DNA from: Eledone cirrhosa
Lineage: Eukaryota
DNA length: 64,000 bases
Assembly: GCA_964016885.1 (NCBI GenBank)
Contig: OZ024759.1
Location: forward strand, 30,752,001 to 30,816,000
Reading direction: 5' to 3'
Of this stretch, positions 43,330 to 57,637 are shown piece after piece (the stretch's first letter is position 1; each line of letters opens with the position of its first letter). Position numbers and translations under genes: made by a program. The notes under the pieces are model-generated. The model saw only the letters and a list, made by a program, of their open reading frames with translations, was not told the origin of the DNA and ran no database searches.

Positions 43330-43632
43330 CCAGGTGTTCCACTTGATACAATCAGCGGAAGAGCCTTCTCGTGAAATTAGCGTGCAAGTGTCTGAGCACT
43401 CCACTTACCTGAATAGCCTTAATATAGGTCTCAGTATGGTTTAGCGTGACACAGACTGAGACGCAACTAACCCTTCGAATTACAGGTAGAACTCATTTTT
43501 TGCTAACTGAGTGGCCTGGAGCAATATGAAATAAAGTGTCTTGTTGAAGGACACAACGCACAGCCGGGAATCGAACTCCCGACATTACGATCGAGATTCG
43601 AATCTCCTAACCACTAAGCCAAACACCTTTCA
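43330..43632 (-). mobile_element. SINE family B
   Basis: Reverse of TGGCTTAGTGGTTAGG...GAGTTCGATTCCCGG. Confidence 0.75.
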
Positions 43633-43809
43633 CATTGGTGAGAATATGCAGAGTAAAACACCAGTTTAGATATACACATTTAGTCAAGCAGCAAATGTAC
43701 GCAGTCGTTAAAATGTTGAATATAATTATTTACCGTCTTAGTTCCTGTTTGCACTTTAAACATATAATGAAAACAAGCTGAAGTGGGAGAATCGGTAGAC
43801 TTTACACAC

Positions 43810-43937
43810 CTGACGAGGTCAAAAAGGGGAAATAATTGTTGTGGGTAACAACCAGAAACAATCGCAGTGTTTGAACAATTTCATGTAAAAACCCTCATTC
43901 GTGAGAGGAAATATTTGACGATCAAATGTTCTGTCTT
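43810..43937 (-). pseudogene. Decayed EGF exon with both splice sites
   Basis: TATTCAG|AA...CAG|GTGTGT, phase 1, 128 nt; RQIFPLTNEGFYMKLFKHCDCFW is a few substitutions from C..FPC.NEG.C......Y.C.C. Confidence 0.5.
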
Positions 43938-44780
43938 CTGAATACAACAAACAGCTTAAATATGATTGCCACCATCAGTTTTTTTTTCTCCGTCTTTTTT
44001 TCCTTTCCATGTAAAATCTATCTTTAAACTTTCATTTTCTATAATAATCTGATCGCAGAAAACATACAAACTTATCCAAAATATATCTATAAAAAAACCC
44101 AACAAAATACTCACCAAAATTCAAATTGCAACTAAGTTATCAATGAAATAATGAACTTCTCAAATGTTAACGGAAGACAATATATAATCGATTTTCGAAA
44201 ACAATAAAAATAATCAAGCAGGGGAAAGTACTAAAATTTATCAGATAATGTTTTATATCGGATCAGGTTTTCTATCAGATAATATTTTATCAAATTTGTT
44301 CTTTTTCTCTACTTTCCTTCATTCCTTCTTTCCTTCAATATCAAATTTTGATAATGGCATTCTGCCTTCCTTGCATCGTTTATTCAATCTTTATTTATTG
44401 ATTTTAAATAACGATCAATACGCGACGCCATCATATTTTCTATTAAAATCTAAGTTATATCATTTGTAGTTGTTCGTGTGCCAATCTATGTATGATGACT
44501 ACTAAAAGTGATTTTTAACTAACAAGGGAACCTTCACTTAATTCTTTGACCTCTTGCAAATAACTCCCACATTTACCCTCATCGATGGGCGGCGAATCGT
44601 CAGAGTGAGTCGTTAAAACGTCAAATACAATGCTTCTCTATATTCCGTCTAGCTTTCTGCTGCGCTCTCAGATTAAATCCCGTCTAAACTTTACCTTCTT
44701 TCATACTTTCGAGGTCAATAAAGAAAAGAAGTATGAGTCCAGTAATTTGGATCGCTTCTTCCTCTACGAGTCGATATATA

Positions 44781-44951
44781 TAAGATTCAGGAGCCCGACG
44801 GCTGACCTCCGGCCGTTTCGATAGCTAGATCCGAAACGGCCGAAGCCCAGCCGTCGGCGTCTTGAATCTTTTTATACTACCCACTTTACTGTCCCAAGTT
44901 CCGAAGTACTCTAGTGGGTTATGGTCTACCTGGTATTTTACCACACCCTTT

Positions 44952-44957
<6 letters not shown>
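44781..44957 (+). mobile_element. P1-related subfamily fold-back fragment
   Basis: CCCGACGGCTG..GGCCGTTTCG / CGAAACGGCC..CAGCCGTCGG; tail homologous to the P1 long arm. Confidence 0.7.
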
Positions 44958-45023
<66 letters not shown>

Positions 45024-45047
45024 TATTTTCCGTTGTGTTGTAATATA

Positions 45048-45164
45048 TTATTCTGATGAAATGACAGTAAATAATAACATTGAAATATTGAATGTCTGCA
45101 TAACTAAAAGTTTGTAGATAGCTGTTTTAGGTTATGTAACTGTTATAGAAACACGTGTCAATAA
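45048..45164 (+). ncRNA. Type-I hammerhead with long stem II (family P3)
   Basis: CUGAUGA at 45053, GAAAC at 45148, GUC^ after 45159, stem I UUAUU/AAUAA. Confidence 0.75.
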
Positions 45165-45198
45165 ATTCCTTTCAACTAAACTGTATCCATTCAAATCT

Positions 45199-45337
<139 letters not shown>

Positions 45338-45839
45338 GAGAGAGAGAGAGAGCTCTACAACAAATTAGCAAACCATACTCGAGGATGGGCGTTTCATCGA
45401 GTATGGTTTACTAATTTGTTGTAGAACTAACTCTACACCAAACTCGTCCTCATGTTTTATTTTTACCATTATACATACACTGTATATCCCCATGCATTGA
45501 GTAATCCGAAGATTAGTGGCCTCCTCGGTCTTAGCACCACAGACTATATATATATATATATATACGTGCAAAAGGTTCAGTAAGTCCGAAGAAAACTGTT
45601 CAGTAGGTCTCCAGAAAACTGGTGAGAGTACCAATGTCAGCACTCAGTGCAGAGCAGAGTGTATATAATAAGAACAAAGTAGAGGTGTTAACTGGGTTAA
45701 GCAATAAATCCCATATGTAACACCTCACCTCTTCCTGCTATATCAAGCGTTAACCTAATATATTCCTCCCATATACTGTACCAATTGTGTTGTTATATTC
45801 TGTTCACCTTTTACACATATATATATATATATATATATA

Positions 45840-46057
45840 TAGGAACGAGTAGGACCCCGACGGCTGATCTCAAGCCGTTTCGACGGCTAATTCTGGACGG
45901 AATTAGCCGTCGAATTCAGTCCAGAATTAGCCGTCGAAACGGCTTGAGCTCAGCCGTCGGGGTCCTACTCGTTCCTATTACCCACTCTACTACCCTAAGT
46001 ATTGAGTACTTTGGTGCGTTATGGTCCTTCTGGTTCCTTACCACATTTCCTTCGTTA
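45840..46057 (+). mobile_element. Family P1 copy with double fold-back
   Basis: Two nested GAATTAGCCGTCG copies at the junction. Confidence 0.8.
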
Positions 46058-46692
46058 TATATATATATATGTGTGAGTGTGTGTGTGTGTGTGTATTATA
46101 AAGAAATATTTATGTATATTAAAATGAAGACAGACGGTTTTAAATGAACGTAGTGTAGCATTCCACTCTAGAAGTCAACTCATATAACTACTGGATACGA
46201 CTGCTACCAGAACGCTCATAACCCCAGTAGCATATCAAAAACTAAAATACCACATCTTTCCACATATCTGAAAAGAACACGTCGAAACGATATTATCCAA
46301 TCACTTTGACGTCTTCGTGACGTCTTCGAAATACGTATAACATGATTATTTAATAAAAGAAAGGATGTATATTTAAAACTGTCTCTCTTCATTATAATAT
46401 CGACACTATGGTTATCTGGTTAATATATTATTGATAATACTTTAAGGAATATAAGTCGTAGATAGCTATAAGTTGGTTTATGACAAAAGTAGGAGAATTA
46501 TCTGATCAACCAGCTTTCGTAAATTGAATGTGCGGATGTTTGTTTAACCATTCTCAGTGTGTTTGGCCTTTAACGTATGTTGTAGCTCTCATTCATCTGA
46601 ATCATCGAGCGCTTGCCACACATCCCGGAAGCTGTTTTCCGTTAATTCCTAAGCCGAAATACGATTCTCGCTAATTTATATTTATATATATA

Positions 46693-46753
<61 letters not shown>

Positions 46754-46777
46754 AGTTATTATGCCCATGAATACTAA

Positions 46778-46858
46778 GTACTCTGATGAACTTTGATTTT
46801 CCATTGGAAATCCAATGGATTTCTAATGTTTTACAAAGCGAAACTGATCAGTAAGGGC
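46778..46858 (+). ncRNA. Type-I hammerhead (family P8)
   Basis: CU-CUGAUGA-ACUUUG...CAAAGC-GAAAC-UGAUCA-GUA^-AG; palindromic stem III ACUGAUCAGU. Confidence 0.65.
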
Positions 46859-46938
46859 AAACTTGATAGGTAAATATTTAAATTATATTTTTTTATTTAT
46901 TTTGAAAAATTGGTTGAATTTTACTTGTTCTGCTTATC

Positions 46939-47018
<80 letters not shown>

Positions 47019-47176
47019 CGAAACAAGTCAATTGCATGAACTGATAATCCTTTATTTACTGCTATATATATTTCGATGATAGCCATTGAATGGCTATTAC
47101 CTGATCAGGCAGTTAGTCAGTTCTTAGATATGTCAGCTCTGTGTGTATAGTGTTGATGGTATCGGAGCTTTGGGAC

Positions 47177-47277
<101 letters not shown>

Positions 47278-47566
47278 GGAGGTGAGTTTTATTGTAGTAC
47301 AATAAAGCAATGCAGATATCGGTTATAAAAGCTATCTCTCTCTCTCTATCACCCATCTCTCCTCCTATCTCATCCTTCCTCATTATACTCCTCCCTCTCC
47401 ACTTTTTACTCTCATCTCCTCCTCTTTTTCATCCTTTCCAACCCCCCCCCCCTCAAAATAAAATATTTTTCCCAATATCACACATCAATCTAAAACTACT
47501 TCTCATATGTTGATTTAAAACTTCACTATCCACAAGTATTTTTTAACCTTCATATCATGTCTTCCT

Positions 47567-47635
47567 GTTTTATCTGATGAAAACACAAATATTATTGCAT
47601 GATGATATTTGTTTTTGAAATGCGCATAATAAAAT
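47567..47635 (+). ncRNA. Intact minimal type-I hammerhead (family P9)
   Basis: GUUUUAU-CUGAUGA-AAACACAAAUAUUAU...AUGAUAUUUGUUUUU-GAAA-UGCGCA-UA^-AUAAAAU. Confidence 0.8.
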
Positions 47636-47874
47636 ACATGGAACTCTTTTAACCATCTTTTGTTCTTATATATTATATATATATATCGTTACTTTGGTAT
47701 ATTATTGTGTGTTAGATTTTGCCTACCACAATGTTCGATTTGTCAAGCTATTTAAACGTATGTTATTACTCTAAAGACCTAACTTATCGAGTGCTTTGCT
47801 AACTCATCATTTCATATAAGTAGGCCGAATTTGCTTGCCAACCGCCAGAGATTCGATTTTACTAAATTTCCAAT

Positions 47875-47914
<40 letters not shown>

Positions 47915-47933
47915 TCTATATTATAAATATTAT

Positions 47934-48640
47934 TATTGTGAGTTGGTAGATCTAGTAAGTTCTTTGTTAACTTCGGTGGGAGGAATTTTAAATATTCCTG
48001 GTAAACTTTCTCGCATTCGTCGGCGGCGATTGTCGAACAGAGATCAGGTTGTGTTAAGATGTGTGACTATATATAAGAGAGATTTGGATGTGTCTGGGGT
48101 GTGGGGTGTCGTGTTAATGAGTGTTGATGAAGATTTGGAGGAATTAGAGCATACACACACACATACACGCACATACTCACACATACACGCACACACACAT
48201 ACACACACACACACATATATAAACACTCAGAAAATGGTGAGGTTGACATCAAGCTAAGGGCATTTGAGAAGGTGGTTGTAAATATCCTCACAAACACCCT
48301 TATCTTGATGTCAACTTCACCATTTTCTGAGTGTTTATATATGTGTGTGTGTGTGAATGTGTGTGTGCGTGTATGTGTGTGTGTGTATGTGCGTGTATGT
48401 GTGTGTGTATGCTTTAATTCCTCCAAATCTTCATCAACACTCATTAACACCACACCCCACACCCCAGACACATCCAAATCTCTCTTATATATAGTCACAC
48501 ATCTCAACACAGCCCGATCTCTGTTTGACAATCGCCACCGACGAATGCGAGAAAGTTCTCCAACAAAGTTTACCAGGAATATTTAAAATTCCTCCCACCG
48601 AAGTTAACAAAGAACTTACTAGATCTACCAACTCATAATA
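47934..48640. repeat. ~340-bp imperfect inverted repeat
   Basis: Arms 47934-48272 and 48286-48640, each containing a (CA)n tract. Confidence 0.9.
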
Positions 48641-48707
48641 TTTTATTATAAAATTAAATCAAATTATTTAACACTACAAGTGAAGTCACTTTTTTCCCTT
48701 TTTTCAA

Positions 48708-48742
<35 letters not shown>

Positions 48743-48831
48743 TGCGCAAAGGTTCTATTTAAAGTTGTTGGGATAGAACAAGTAAATATATTTATAACCG
48801 ACATAAAGCACTCAACAAATTTTTGGAGTAG

Positions 48832-49204
48832 ATATACGATATTAATAAATGGAAACTATATTTATAAAACCATATTTATTTCATTATACATATTTCAGGG
48901 ATACCACATTAAATTATGGTATGCCTTCATCAGACAAAATACAATATATAACAGTTTTACAAATAGGTTTGACGTACCCTTTAAAATACAACCATTACTT
49001 TTGGAGGCTGTCTGGATATCCTCTGTCCAGACAGCCTCCAAAAGTAATGGTTGTATTTTAAAGGGTACGTCAAACCTATTTGTAAAACTGTTATATATTG
49101 TATTTTGTCTGATGAAGGCATACCATAATTTAATGTGGTATCCCTGAAATATGTATAATGAAATAAATATGGTTTTATAAATATAGTTTCCATTTATTAA
49201 TATC

Positions 49205-49210
<6 letters not shown>
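48832..49210. mobile_element. Near-perfect 2x185-bp palindrome of family P2 with a hammerhead on each strand
   Basis: 9-nt spacer 49017-49025; hammerheads at 48877-48941 (-) and 49101-49165 (+). Confidence 0.85.
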
Positions 49211-49242
<32 letters not shown>

Positions 49243-49341
49243 GAAAAGTATAGAAATTGTTGTAGCGAGAAGCTCAGAGTATTCCATAACATATATGTGA
49301 CTATAGCGTCAAAATGGGAAAAAATAATATATATATATATA

Positions 49342-49514
49342 TTTGTTTCTACTTTTGGCACAAGGCCAGCATTTATCCCAGTGTTTTACTGGTACTTTAT
49401 TTTATTTTATCAATCCCGTAAGGATGAAAAGCAAAGTTAACCTCGGCGGGATATGAACTCAGACCATAATGGGCTGCAAAGCATGGCGTCCAACCCTCTA
49501 CCGATACTGCCAAT
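49342..49514 (-). mobile_element. SINE family A
   Basis: Reverse consensus match. Confidence 0.85.
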
Positions 49515-49542
49515 AATATATATATATATATATATATATACA

Positions 49543-50285
49543 TGTGTGTGTGTATATATATACATGTGTGTGAGAGAGAGAAAGGCAGTGTGTGTGTGTA
49601 TCTGTGTGTGTGTGAGAATGAAAGACTGTGTGTGTATCTGTGTGTGTATGAGAGAGAGAAAGACAGTGTGTGTGTGTGTATCTGTGTGTGTGTGAGAGAG
49701 AGAAAGACAGTGTGTGTGTGTATCTGTGTGTGTGTGAGAGAGAGAAAGACAGTGTGTGTGTGTATCTGTGTGTGTGGGAGAGAGAGAAATACTGTGTGTG
49801 TGCGTGTGTGTGTTTGTGTGTGTATCTGTGTGTGTGAGAGAGAAAGACAGCGTGTGTGTGTGTATCTGTGTGTGTATGAGAGAGAGAAAGACAGTGTGTG
49901 TGTGTGAGAGAGAGAGAAAGACAGTGTGTGTGTGTATCTGTGTCTGTGTGTGCCTGTGTATGGGTCTGTGTCTGTGTGTGCGTATGTGTGTGTATATGTG
50001 TCTCTGTGTGTGTGTCTGTGTGTCTCTTTGTGTCTGTGTGTGTGTCTCTATGTGTGTGTATCTGTGTCTGTGTGTGTGTCTCTCTGTGTGTGTATGTGTG
50101 TCTGTGTGTGTCTCTCTCTGTGTGCCTATGTGTGTGTGTGTGTCTGTGTGTGTGTGTGTCTGTGTTTGTGTGTGTCGGTGTGTGTGTGTCTGTGCGTGTG
50201 TGTCTGTGTGTGTGTCTCTGTGTGTGTGTGTGTCTGTGTGTCTGTGTCTGCGTGTGTGTGTCTGTGTGTGTGTGTATGTATGTAA
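49543..50285. repeat. Compound (GT)/(GA) satellite with ~35-40-bp higher-order unit
   Basis: GAGAGAGAAAGACAGTGTGTGTGTGTATCTGTGTGTG repeated. Confidence 0.9.
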
Positions 50286-50384
50286 GAGTATGTATATCAG
50301 AGCTATATTTATAGGATTGTTTGTTTTCAGTTACGTCTCTCGTTAAAATGACAAGTTAGATGATAATATAAACTTCGCGACGAA

Positions 50385-51365
50385 AATGACGACGCCGCCG
50401 ATGACGATGACGATGACGATGATGATTATTATCATTATCGTCATCATCATAATCAACGTCATAACCATCATCTTTATCATCATCATCATAATCATTATTA
50501 TCATCAACATAACCATTATGTTTATCATCATTATCATCATCACTACCACCATCATCACCACCACCAACACCATTATCACCATCACCATCATCATCATCAT
50601 CATCACCATCACCATCATCAGCATAACCATCAACATCATCACCACCACCACCACCATCCTCATCACCATCACCATCACCATCATCACTATCATCACCATC
50701 ATCATCATCATCACCATCACCTTCACCATCACCACCACAATCACCATCATCACCACCACCATTATCACCACCATCACCATCAACATCACCACCACCACCA
50801 CCATCATCATCACCACCATCACCACCACCATCACCACCACCACCACCAACATCACCACCACCACCATCATCATCACCACCATCACCACCACCATCAACAT
50901 CACTACCACCACCATCATCATCACCACCATCACCACCACAACCACAACCACCACCACCATCACCACCACCATCACCACCACCATCACCACCACCATCACC
51001 ATCACCATCACCACCATCATCATCACCACCATCACCACCACAACCACAACCACCACCACCATCACCACCACCATCACCACCACCATCACCACCACCACCA
51101 CCATCACCATCATCACCATCACCATCACCATAATCACCACCATCACCACCACCATCACCACCATCACCACCATCATCACCACCATCACCACCATCAACCT
51201 CACCATCACCACCACCATCACCACCATCATCACCACCACCACCACCATCACCATCACCACCATCACCATTACCACCATCACCACCATCAACCTCACCATT
51301 ACCACCACCATCACCACCATCATCATCACCACCATCATCACCATCACCATCATCACCATCATCGT
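50385..51365. repeat. (ACC/ATC)n trinucleotide tract, ~1 kb
   Basis: Direct. Confidence 0.95.
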
Positions 51366-51731
51366 GAACATGCTAAAACAGAACGATATATCTCCCGTGA
51401 ATCAGTGACGTCAAATATATATTGTTTCGTGCTAAGGACACGTATTGAGCTTGCTTTCAATTCACACTTGACTCATCTTCTCGCTTGATTTATATTTATA
51501 AAGCAACTTCTACAGCTGCATAGGCCGTTATGTGCTGAAACAAAACATTGAAGAAATTCACAGTAGTTTATTACATGTCAACTACAGGTAGTTTTATCTT
51601 TTACCTTATTTAATTAGTTCGGAGATGCTAGTAAATATATCTTTAAAATGTATGGGTGAGATAATTATTTCTAAAAATGAAATGCAAAGTAAGCGACTAT
51701 GAGAATTTAAGTACCAAAAACTCCAGGTAAA

Positions 51732-52520
51732 ATATGACATAGCAGTCATACACGCGTCCATACATATATCTATGTAGACAGCCTTCCAGTCGTTTAGTCA
51801 AGCAAGCAACACCATTAAATTCTTGGTGGTTATTTTTACATTTTACAATGCTTCTACTTACATATATGACATACCAGTCATCCACGCGTCCATACATCTG
51901 TCTATGTAGACAGCCATCCAGTCATTTAGTCAAGCAAGCAACACCATTAATTTTTGGTGGTTACTTTTTACATTTTACAATGCTTCTACTTACATATCTG
52001 TCATACCAGTCATACACGTGTACGTACATCTATTTATGTAGACAGCCCTCTAGTCATTTAGTCAAGCAACCGACATTTAATTTTTGGTGGTTATTTTACA
52101 TTTTACAATGCTTCTACTTACATATATGACTTACCTGCCATCCACACGTACCTACATCTCTCTATCTAACCATCCCTCCATTTACTTAGTCAAGCAACCA
52201 AGCAACACTCTTTAATTTTCTTGGTTATTTTACAAACCTTCTTCTCTCACAGATGACTTAGCAATCATCCAGGCATCCACATCTATCTATCTATCTAGCC
52301 ACCATTCCCCCATTCAGTTCGTCAAGCAACTAGCCAACACCATTTACGTTCTGTTGGTTATTTAACAGTGATTTTGCTTACATATATGACATAGTAGTCA
52401 TCGACGTGTCCACACGTCTATCTAGTCACCTCTCAAGTCATTTAGTCAAGCAACCAGCCAGTTTTTTTTTCTCATTAACTTGCAGTGCTCTGGTTCACAT
52501 ATATGACGTGGCTGACATCC
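51732..52520. repeat. ~130-bp tandem repeat, ~6 copies with a divergence gradient
   Basis: Units start ATATGAC at ~51732, 51864, 51995, 52124, 52252, 52384; each contains a (A)GTCAAGCAA motif. Confidence 0.85.
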
Positions 52521-52544
52521 TTGCTTATGAATGTGCGCGGCCTC

Positions 52545-52810
52545 GTTGTAAGGGTGTTGAACTTACGGTCATAATTACATAGGATCGATTCCTGAACTGG
52601 GTTGGGTGTTGTGTTACTAAGCAAATACACTTCATTTCACGTTGCTTCAGTATACTCAGCTGAAAATGAGAACCAGCAATAGCTTGGGGTTATAACTGTG
52701 TGATGGATTGGGGTCTTGTCCAGGAAGGGGTGAGTCTAGTATTCCTAGTAGCTTAACGCCACAATAATCGGAAGCAGCGGCCTGCTGAGCCTCCAGGCTT
52801 GCGACAGAAT
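52545..52810 (+). mobile_element. SINE family B
   Basis: Homologous to 5655-5920. Confidence 0.75.
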
Positions 52811-53299
52811 TTAGAATTTAAGTCTAAAATCTGCATCAAAGCTGCATCTAAATACCGATTTTGGAAGGTCAAAATTTAGTTTAAAATATGATTTCTAATT
52901 TAGGCACAATACTAGCAATTTGACGGAATGGGAAAATTTATTGCTTTGACCCTAGTGCTCTACTGGTACTATATTTTATCGACCCTGAATTGATAAAAGG
53001 CAAAGTTGACCTAGGTGGTATTTGATATCATAATTTAAAAAGCCGGATCAAATGTCGCAAAGCATTTTATTTGAGGGTCAAAATATTTTGCCATTCTCTA
53101 AGCCCGTGTTAGGAATATAATATAATAGACGTGTAAAATATCTAGATCGTTGGCAAATATCTAGACGGTTGGTAATGTCATTTAGGATGAGTTTATATGA
53201 CAAATATATAGTAGACTTGATTAAGTAAATTTCATGAGTGATGTGAAATTATAGTAAACTTCCAGTTAATTGAATGTGCGATGCAGCGATGAATTCGTA

Positions 53300-53500
53300 G
53301 CGAATAGATTTATATCACTGATACTGCGTATCAGACTATCTGGCTGCAGTATATGCAATAGTGAGACATAAGGCAGATTGGCTTGATTTGCTGTCGGAAA
53401 ACCATATAAATATGAAATCATCAATGTCTGGGGAATGAACTTCTTTGCGTTTTTGTTTATTTTCTTAAGATTAAACATCATTACCACTCCTAGATATGAC
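53300..53500 (-). pseudogene. Decayed VWA mid-domain exon
   Basis: MFNLKKINKNAKK...ISYLYG.P..QANLPYV resembles FxLnxY...I.Y..G.T.T..AL.YV. Confidence 0.4.
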
Positions 53501-53571
53501 ATTGTGTTTAATCTAAAAGGATTTGCTCGTTTTCAATTCAAACGAATGTGAAGTAGTTTTGGCCAATGCCT

Positions 53572-53638
<67 letters not shown>

Positions 53639-53679
53639 ACCTACAGTAACAGCACGTTACACTCCCTATATATATATAT

Positions 53680-53984
53680 TAGAAAGTGAGGTTATTTTTA
53701 CAAAATGAAAAAAAAACGAGGTATCCTACACGAGTGAAAGTATAAGGGAAAAAGATGAAATCGAAAGTGCAACTGGAGTCTTTTTTAAAAAAATTATATT
53801 TATTTGGTTCCTTTACCGGTTTCGCAGTACTTGTGCTTTTCAAAAGTAGAATTGAGAAAAACCACAAACCCTCCTTCTCAATTCTACTTTGGAAAAGCAG
53901 AAGAACTGCGAAACCGGTAAAGGAACCAAATAAATATATTTTTTTTAAAAAGACTCCAGTTGCATTTTCGATTTCATCTTTTTT

Positions 53985-53991
<7 letters not shown>
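53680..53991 (-). mobile_element. Family P6 fold-back fragment with hammerhead 3' half
   Basis: ~115-bp IR arms; GCGAAAC-CG-GUA^ palindromic stem III. Confidence 0.75.
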
Positions 53992-54015
<24 letters not shown>

Positions 54016-55459
54016 GGCTTAAAAATAATAAGAAGAAGAAGCAAGAACGGGGGGATTAGACTACTGATGAGGAATCCTGTGTGGTCACACTGTGTGGCAT
54101 CTTGGGCAAATGTCTCTTACAACAGTTTCAGGTAAACCTATTCCGTTTGAGGGAAATTTTGTTGACTCAAACGGAAACTAGTTACAAGTTTATCTGGTAA
54201 TACAAACGGCCAACCTTAACACACACGGTCGCAGACATATTCTCCTTGGGGTTAAGGGTACACAAGTCTGGAATATTGAGTGTTTTACACGATAATTTAT
54301 TGAGTAGGTCGTTCATTTGATGAAACAGGTGGGATTATCACCGTCGAAAGAGACGGATATCCTTTAACGTTATGGAATTTTTCATGTTTAGACATTTATA
54401 AATTCATATATATTTAGTTTCAATTCGATTTTCTTTCACTGAAATTGCTGCTGACATAAAGAGATTTTCAAAACCTTTTAAGCTTCAAGTAATATTTATA
54501 TTCTTCTATATATGTGATTTTAGATTTGAGCCGATGTATATAGTTGTGGTTTATATCATCACTGTTGTTGTTGTTTGGCTCCTGGTCAGACCAGAGCTAA
54601 CAGACTCTTATGATTTAAATAATTCCATTTGTGAATCATACAAACTTTTTTTTTCGGAAGGGTTAGATATGTAGCAACACATTATCGAATTTGCCTTTAG
54701 CCTCTTTAAGAGGATTGGGTAAAATTTGGTTGGTATTTCTGGCAAATATAGTGATCCGGCTCTCAAAGTTTGATCTATTAACAATTTTTTGACCTAAAGA
54801 GAAAAGCCTAGAAACCAAGATGTGAAAATATTTATCATAAATGTTTCCTGTAAGGAGAGAAAAATCCGTGAATAACGAAAACAAATAAATACAAAAAAAA
54901 AATACATATGCACAAACAATAGATATGAATTAATGAATGAAATGAAAAAAATTAGAGAGATAAAAAATGAAGAGAAACAGAAATCAATAAAAATAGAAAT
55001 AAAATAAAGAAAAAGACAAAACATATTGCCCCAAACATTAGCCCCAAACCCAAAACTGCAAATAATTCATTTTTTTACCTTTTAGAAGAGATAAAGAGTG
55101 GCAGATTATAAAACCAAAATAAATTCGTGTTTATTTGAGTGAGTGTCTTCAGCGATTTTGCTGAAAATGAAATGAAATGTGTGTAAATAAAAATCAATGT
55201 CAAAGAAATTACATGCTGATGCAGATATATGGTGGATGGAATGGAATCAGACCACTTCTGATTTATTATAAGAATCTAGTCTAGCACGGCAGAAGTTGAA
55301 AATGGACCGTGTATGTGTGAGTGTGAGAGAGCGAGTTTAGAAAAGTAAGAAAATAATTGTTTCTACTTTAGGCACAAGGCCAGCAATTACCCAACTGGGT
55401 AATTGCTGGCCGTGTGTCTGGGTGATTAGTAGTTACCACAATTCCGGTATATATATATA

Positions 55460-55786
55460 TACAAAAAAAAAACAAGATGGCGTAGAACAGAATAAAGGCG
55501 TAGAACAGAACAAAAACAATGAAAAGAATCCCCAATCACTGAAGAGGTAACAGAATGTGTGACGAAAGAACTTTGACAATATATGAACAATCGTCTGGTT
55601 GTGGAACCAACAAACCAACTGGATATTTATAAATTCTTAAATTTATAAATTCAATTTATAATAAATTGAAGTGAAAGAACTGATGCATGTGTTTCTTATT
55701 GGCAACATGACCCTCCCAAAGTATAACAATATCGGTTTCAACACACGTTTTCAGATAAAGAATCTTGCTAAACAAATTCAGAAACG

Positions 55787-55790
<4 letters not shown>
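55460..55790 (+). mobile_element. Family P7 PLE-like fragment, hammerhead at 55535-55577
   Basis: Homologous to 30185-30515. Confidence 0.75.
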
Positions 55791-55824
<34 letters not shown>

Positions 55825-55982
55825 TTGTGGTGCCTATACGAGAAATCATTATGATTAAACACATCAGTATTATAAATAAGGATAACACATCATTTAATAA
55901 AAAGTGCCATTTCTCATTTAATATTGTTAAGTTTGAAGATTGCTAAACACACACATACACACAGGCACACATACGCACACAG

Positions 55983-56065
<83 letters not shown>

Positions 56066-56335
56066 CACACACGCACACGCACAAAATAGATTGCTTTAAA
56101 AAGTCTTCACGTAAGATATGCCTCCTCCATCGTTAATGAGAACAACGGACAGTAAAATGTTGCAATACAGTTGAAAGTTTTTGTTCTTTTAAATTATATA
56201 TTAAAAGGATACTTCAGTTTCACCTGACATTTTAATTTTGCTCAAATTAATTATTCTGGCTTCCAAAACCATAGTGCTACCAATAGGAAATATGGAAATA
56301 TATATATATATATATACGTGGTATTAATAGCAGTA

Positions 56336-56388
<53 letters not shown>

Positions 56389-56390
<2 letters not shown>

Positions 56391-56580
56391 CGAGGGAAAA
56401 GTGGTAAGGAACCAGGTGGACCAAAACGCACCAAAGTACTCAATACTTAGGGTAGTAGAGTGGGTAATAGGAGTAAGTAAGACCCCGACGGCTGAGCTCA
56501 AGCCGTCTCGACGGCTAATTCTGACAGAATTAGCCGTCGAGACGGCTTGAGCTCAGCCGTCGGGGTCTTACTTACTCCTA
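56389..56580 (-). mobile_element. Family P1 fold-back PLE fragment
   Basis: Private GAGAC and GGAGTAAG variants mirrored in both arms. Confidence 0.8.
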
Positions 56581-56678
56581 TATATATATATATATATATA
56601 CTTGTGTATACATAAGATACATACGTAAATACATAAACCTCTCACACACATATCTCTATATGTTAGTATATATACCAG

Positions 56679-56750
<72 letters not shown>

Positions 56751-56817
56751 TGTGTGTGTGTGTATGTGTGTGTGTGTGTGTGCGTGTATACATATATATA
56801 TATGTGTATCCACACAC

Positions 56818-56915
<98 letters not shown>

Positions 56916-57637
56916 CTTCAAAATATTAATAAATATAGACATTGATGTGATCAAATATATTTTATTATATATATTTCAGAGGTACTCAGCTGTTTCATCA
57001 GTATAGTCCTTATCAGATAAAATAAATTGATGTCTGACATACCTCAACTGTGCTGATGGTTGAATTCCATATATATATATATATAAACATATAAAGTATG
57101 TATGTATGTATGTATGTATGTATGTATGTATGTATGTATGTATGTATGTATGTATGTATGTATATATATGTGTGTATATATAAGAATATATATATGTATG
57201 TATATATATAACTGGTTATTTGAAATTGTCAACTTATGACTATGAGGCTACATGTCCAATTCAATGGCCATTATGTTGGTAAGAGAGTGATATTCGCTAG
57301 AAATGTAAAAGATGATTGAATCTACAATCTCTCAGGGTTACTTAAAACTGTCTGAATTTTGATATATATATAATATATATCTCTATATATATAAAAGTAA
57401 GTATCCACACGTACACACACTCACACATATATAGAAATATATATATATATGTATATACACAGTTCAAGAGTAACCAATCTTAAAGAGAGAGATGGAGATA
57501 GTAGAGGAGATATGAGAGGAGAGATTGGTGAATAAGTTAGAAGCCAAAGCGTAAAGGCATGTGCTCAATGTGCAATATGCAGTAGAAAGCAGCTAGGTGG
57601 CTGGGTTCATGCAGAAGTTAGGTGCGCAGAGCTGGAA

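Noticed and set aside
50343-51408. Thr/Ile- or His-rich mucin-like ORF
   Set aside because: Pure trinucleotide expansion with no flanking domain or splice evidence
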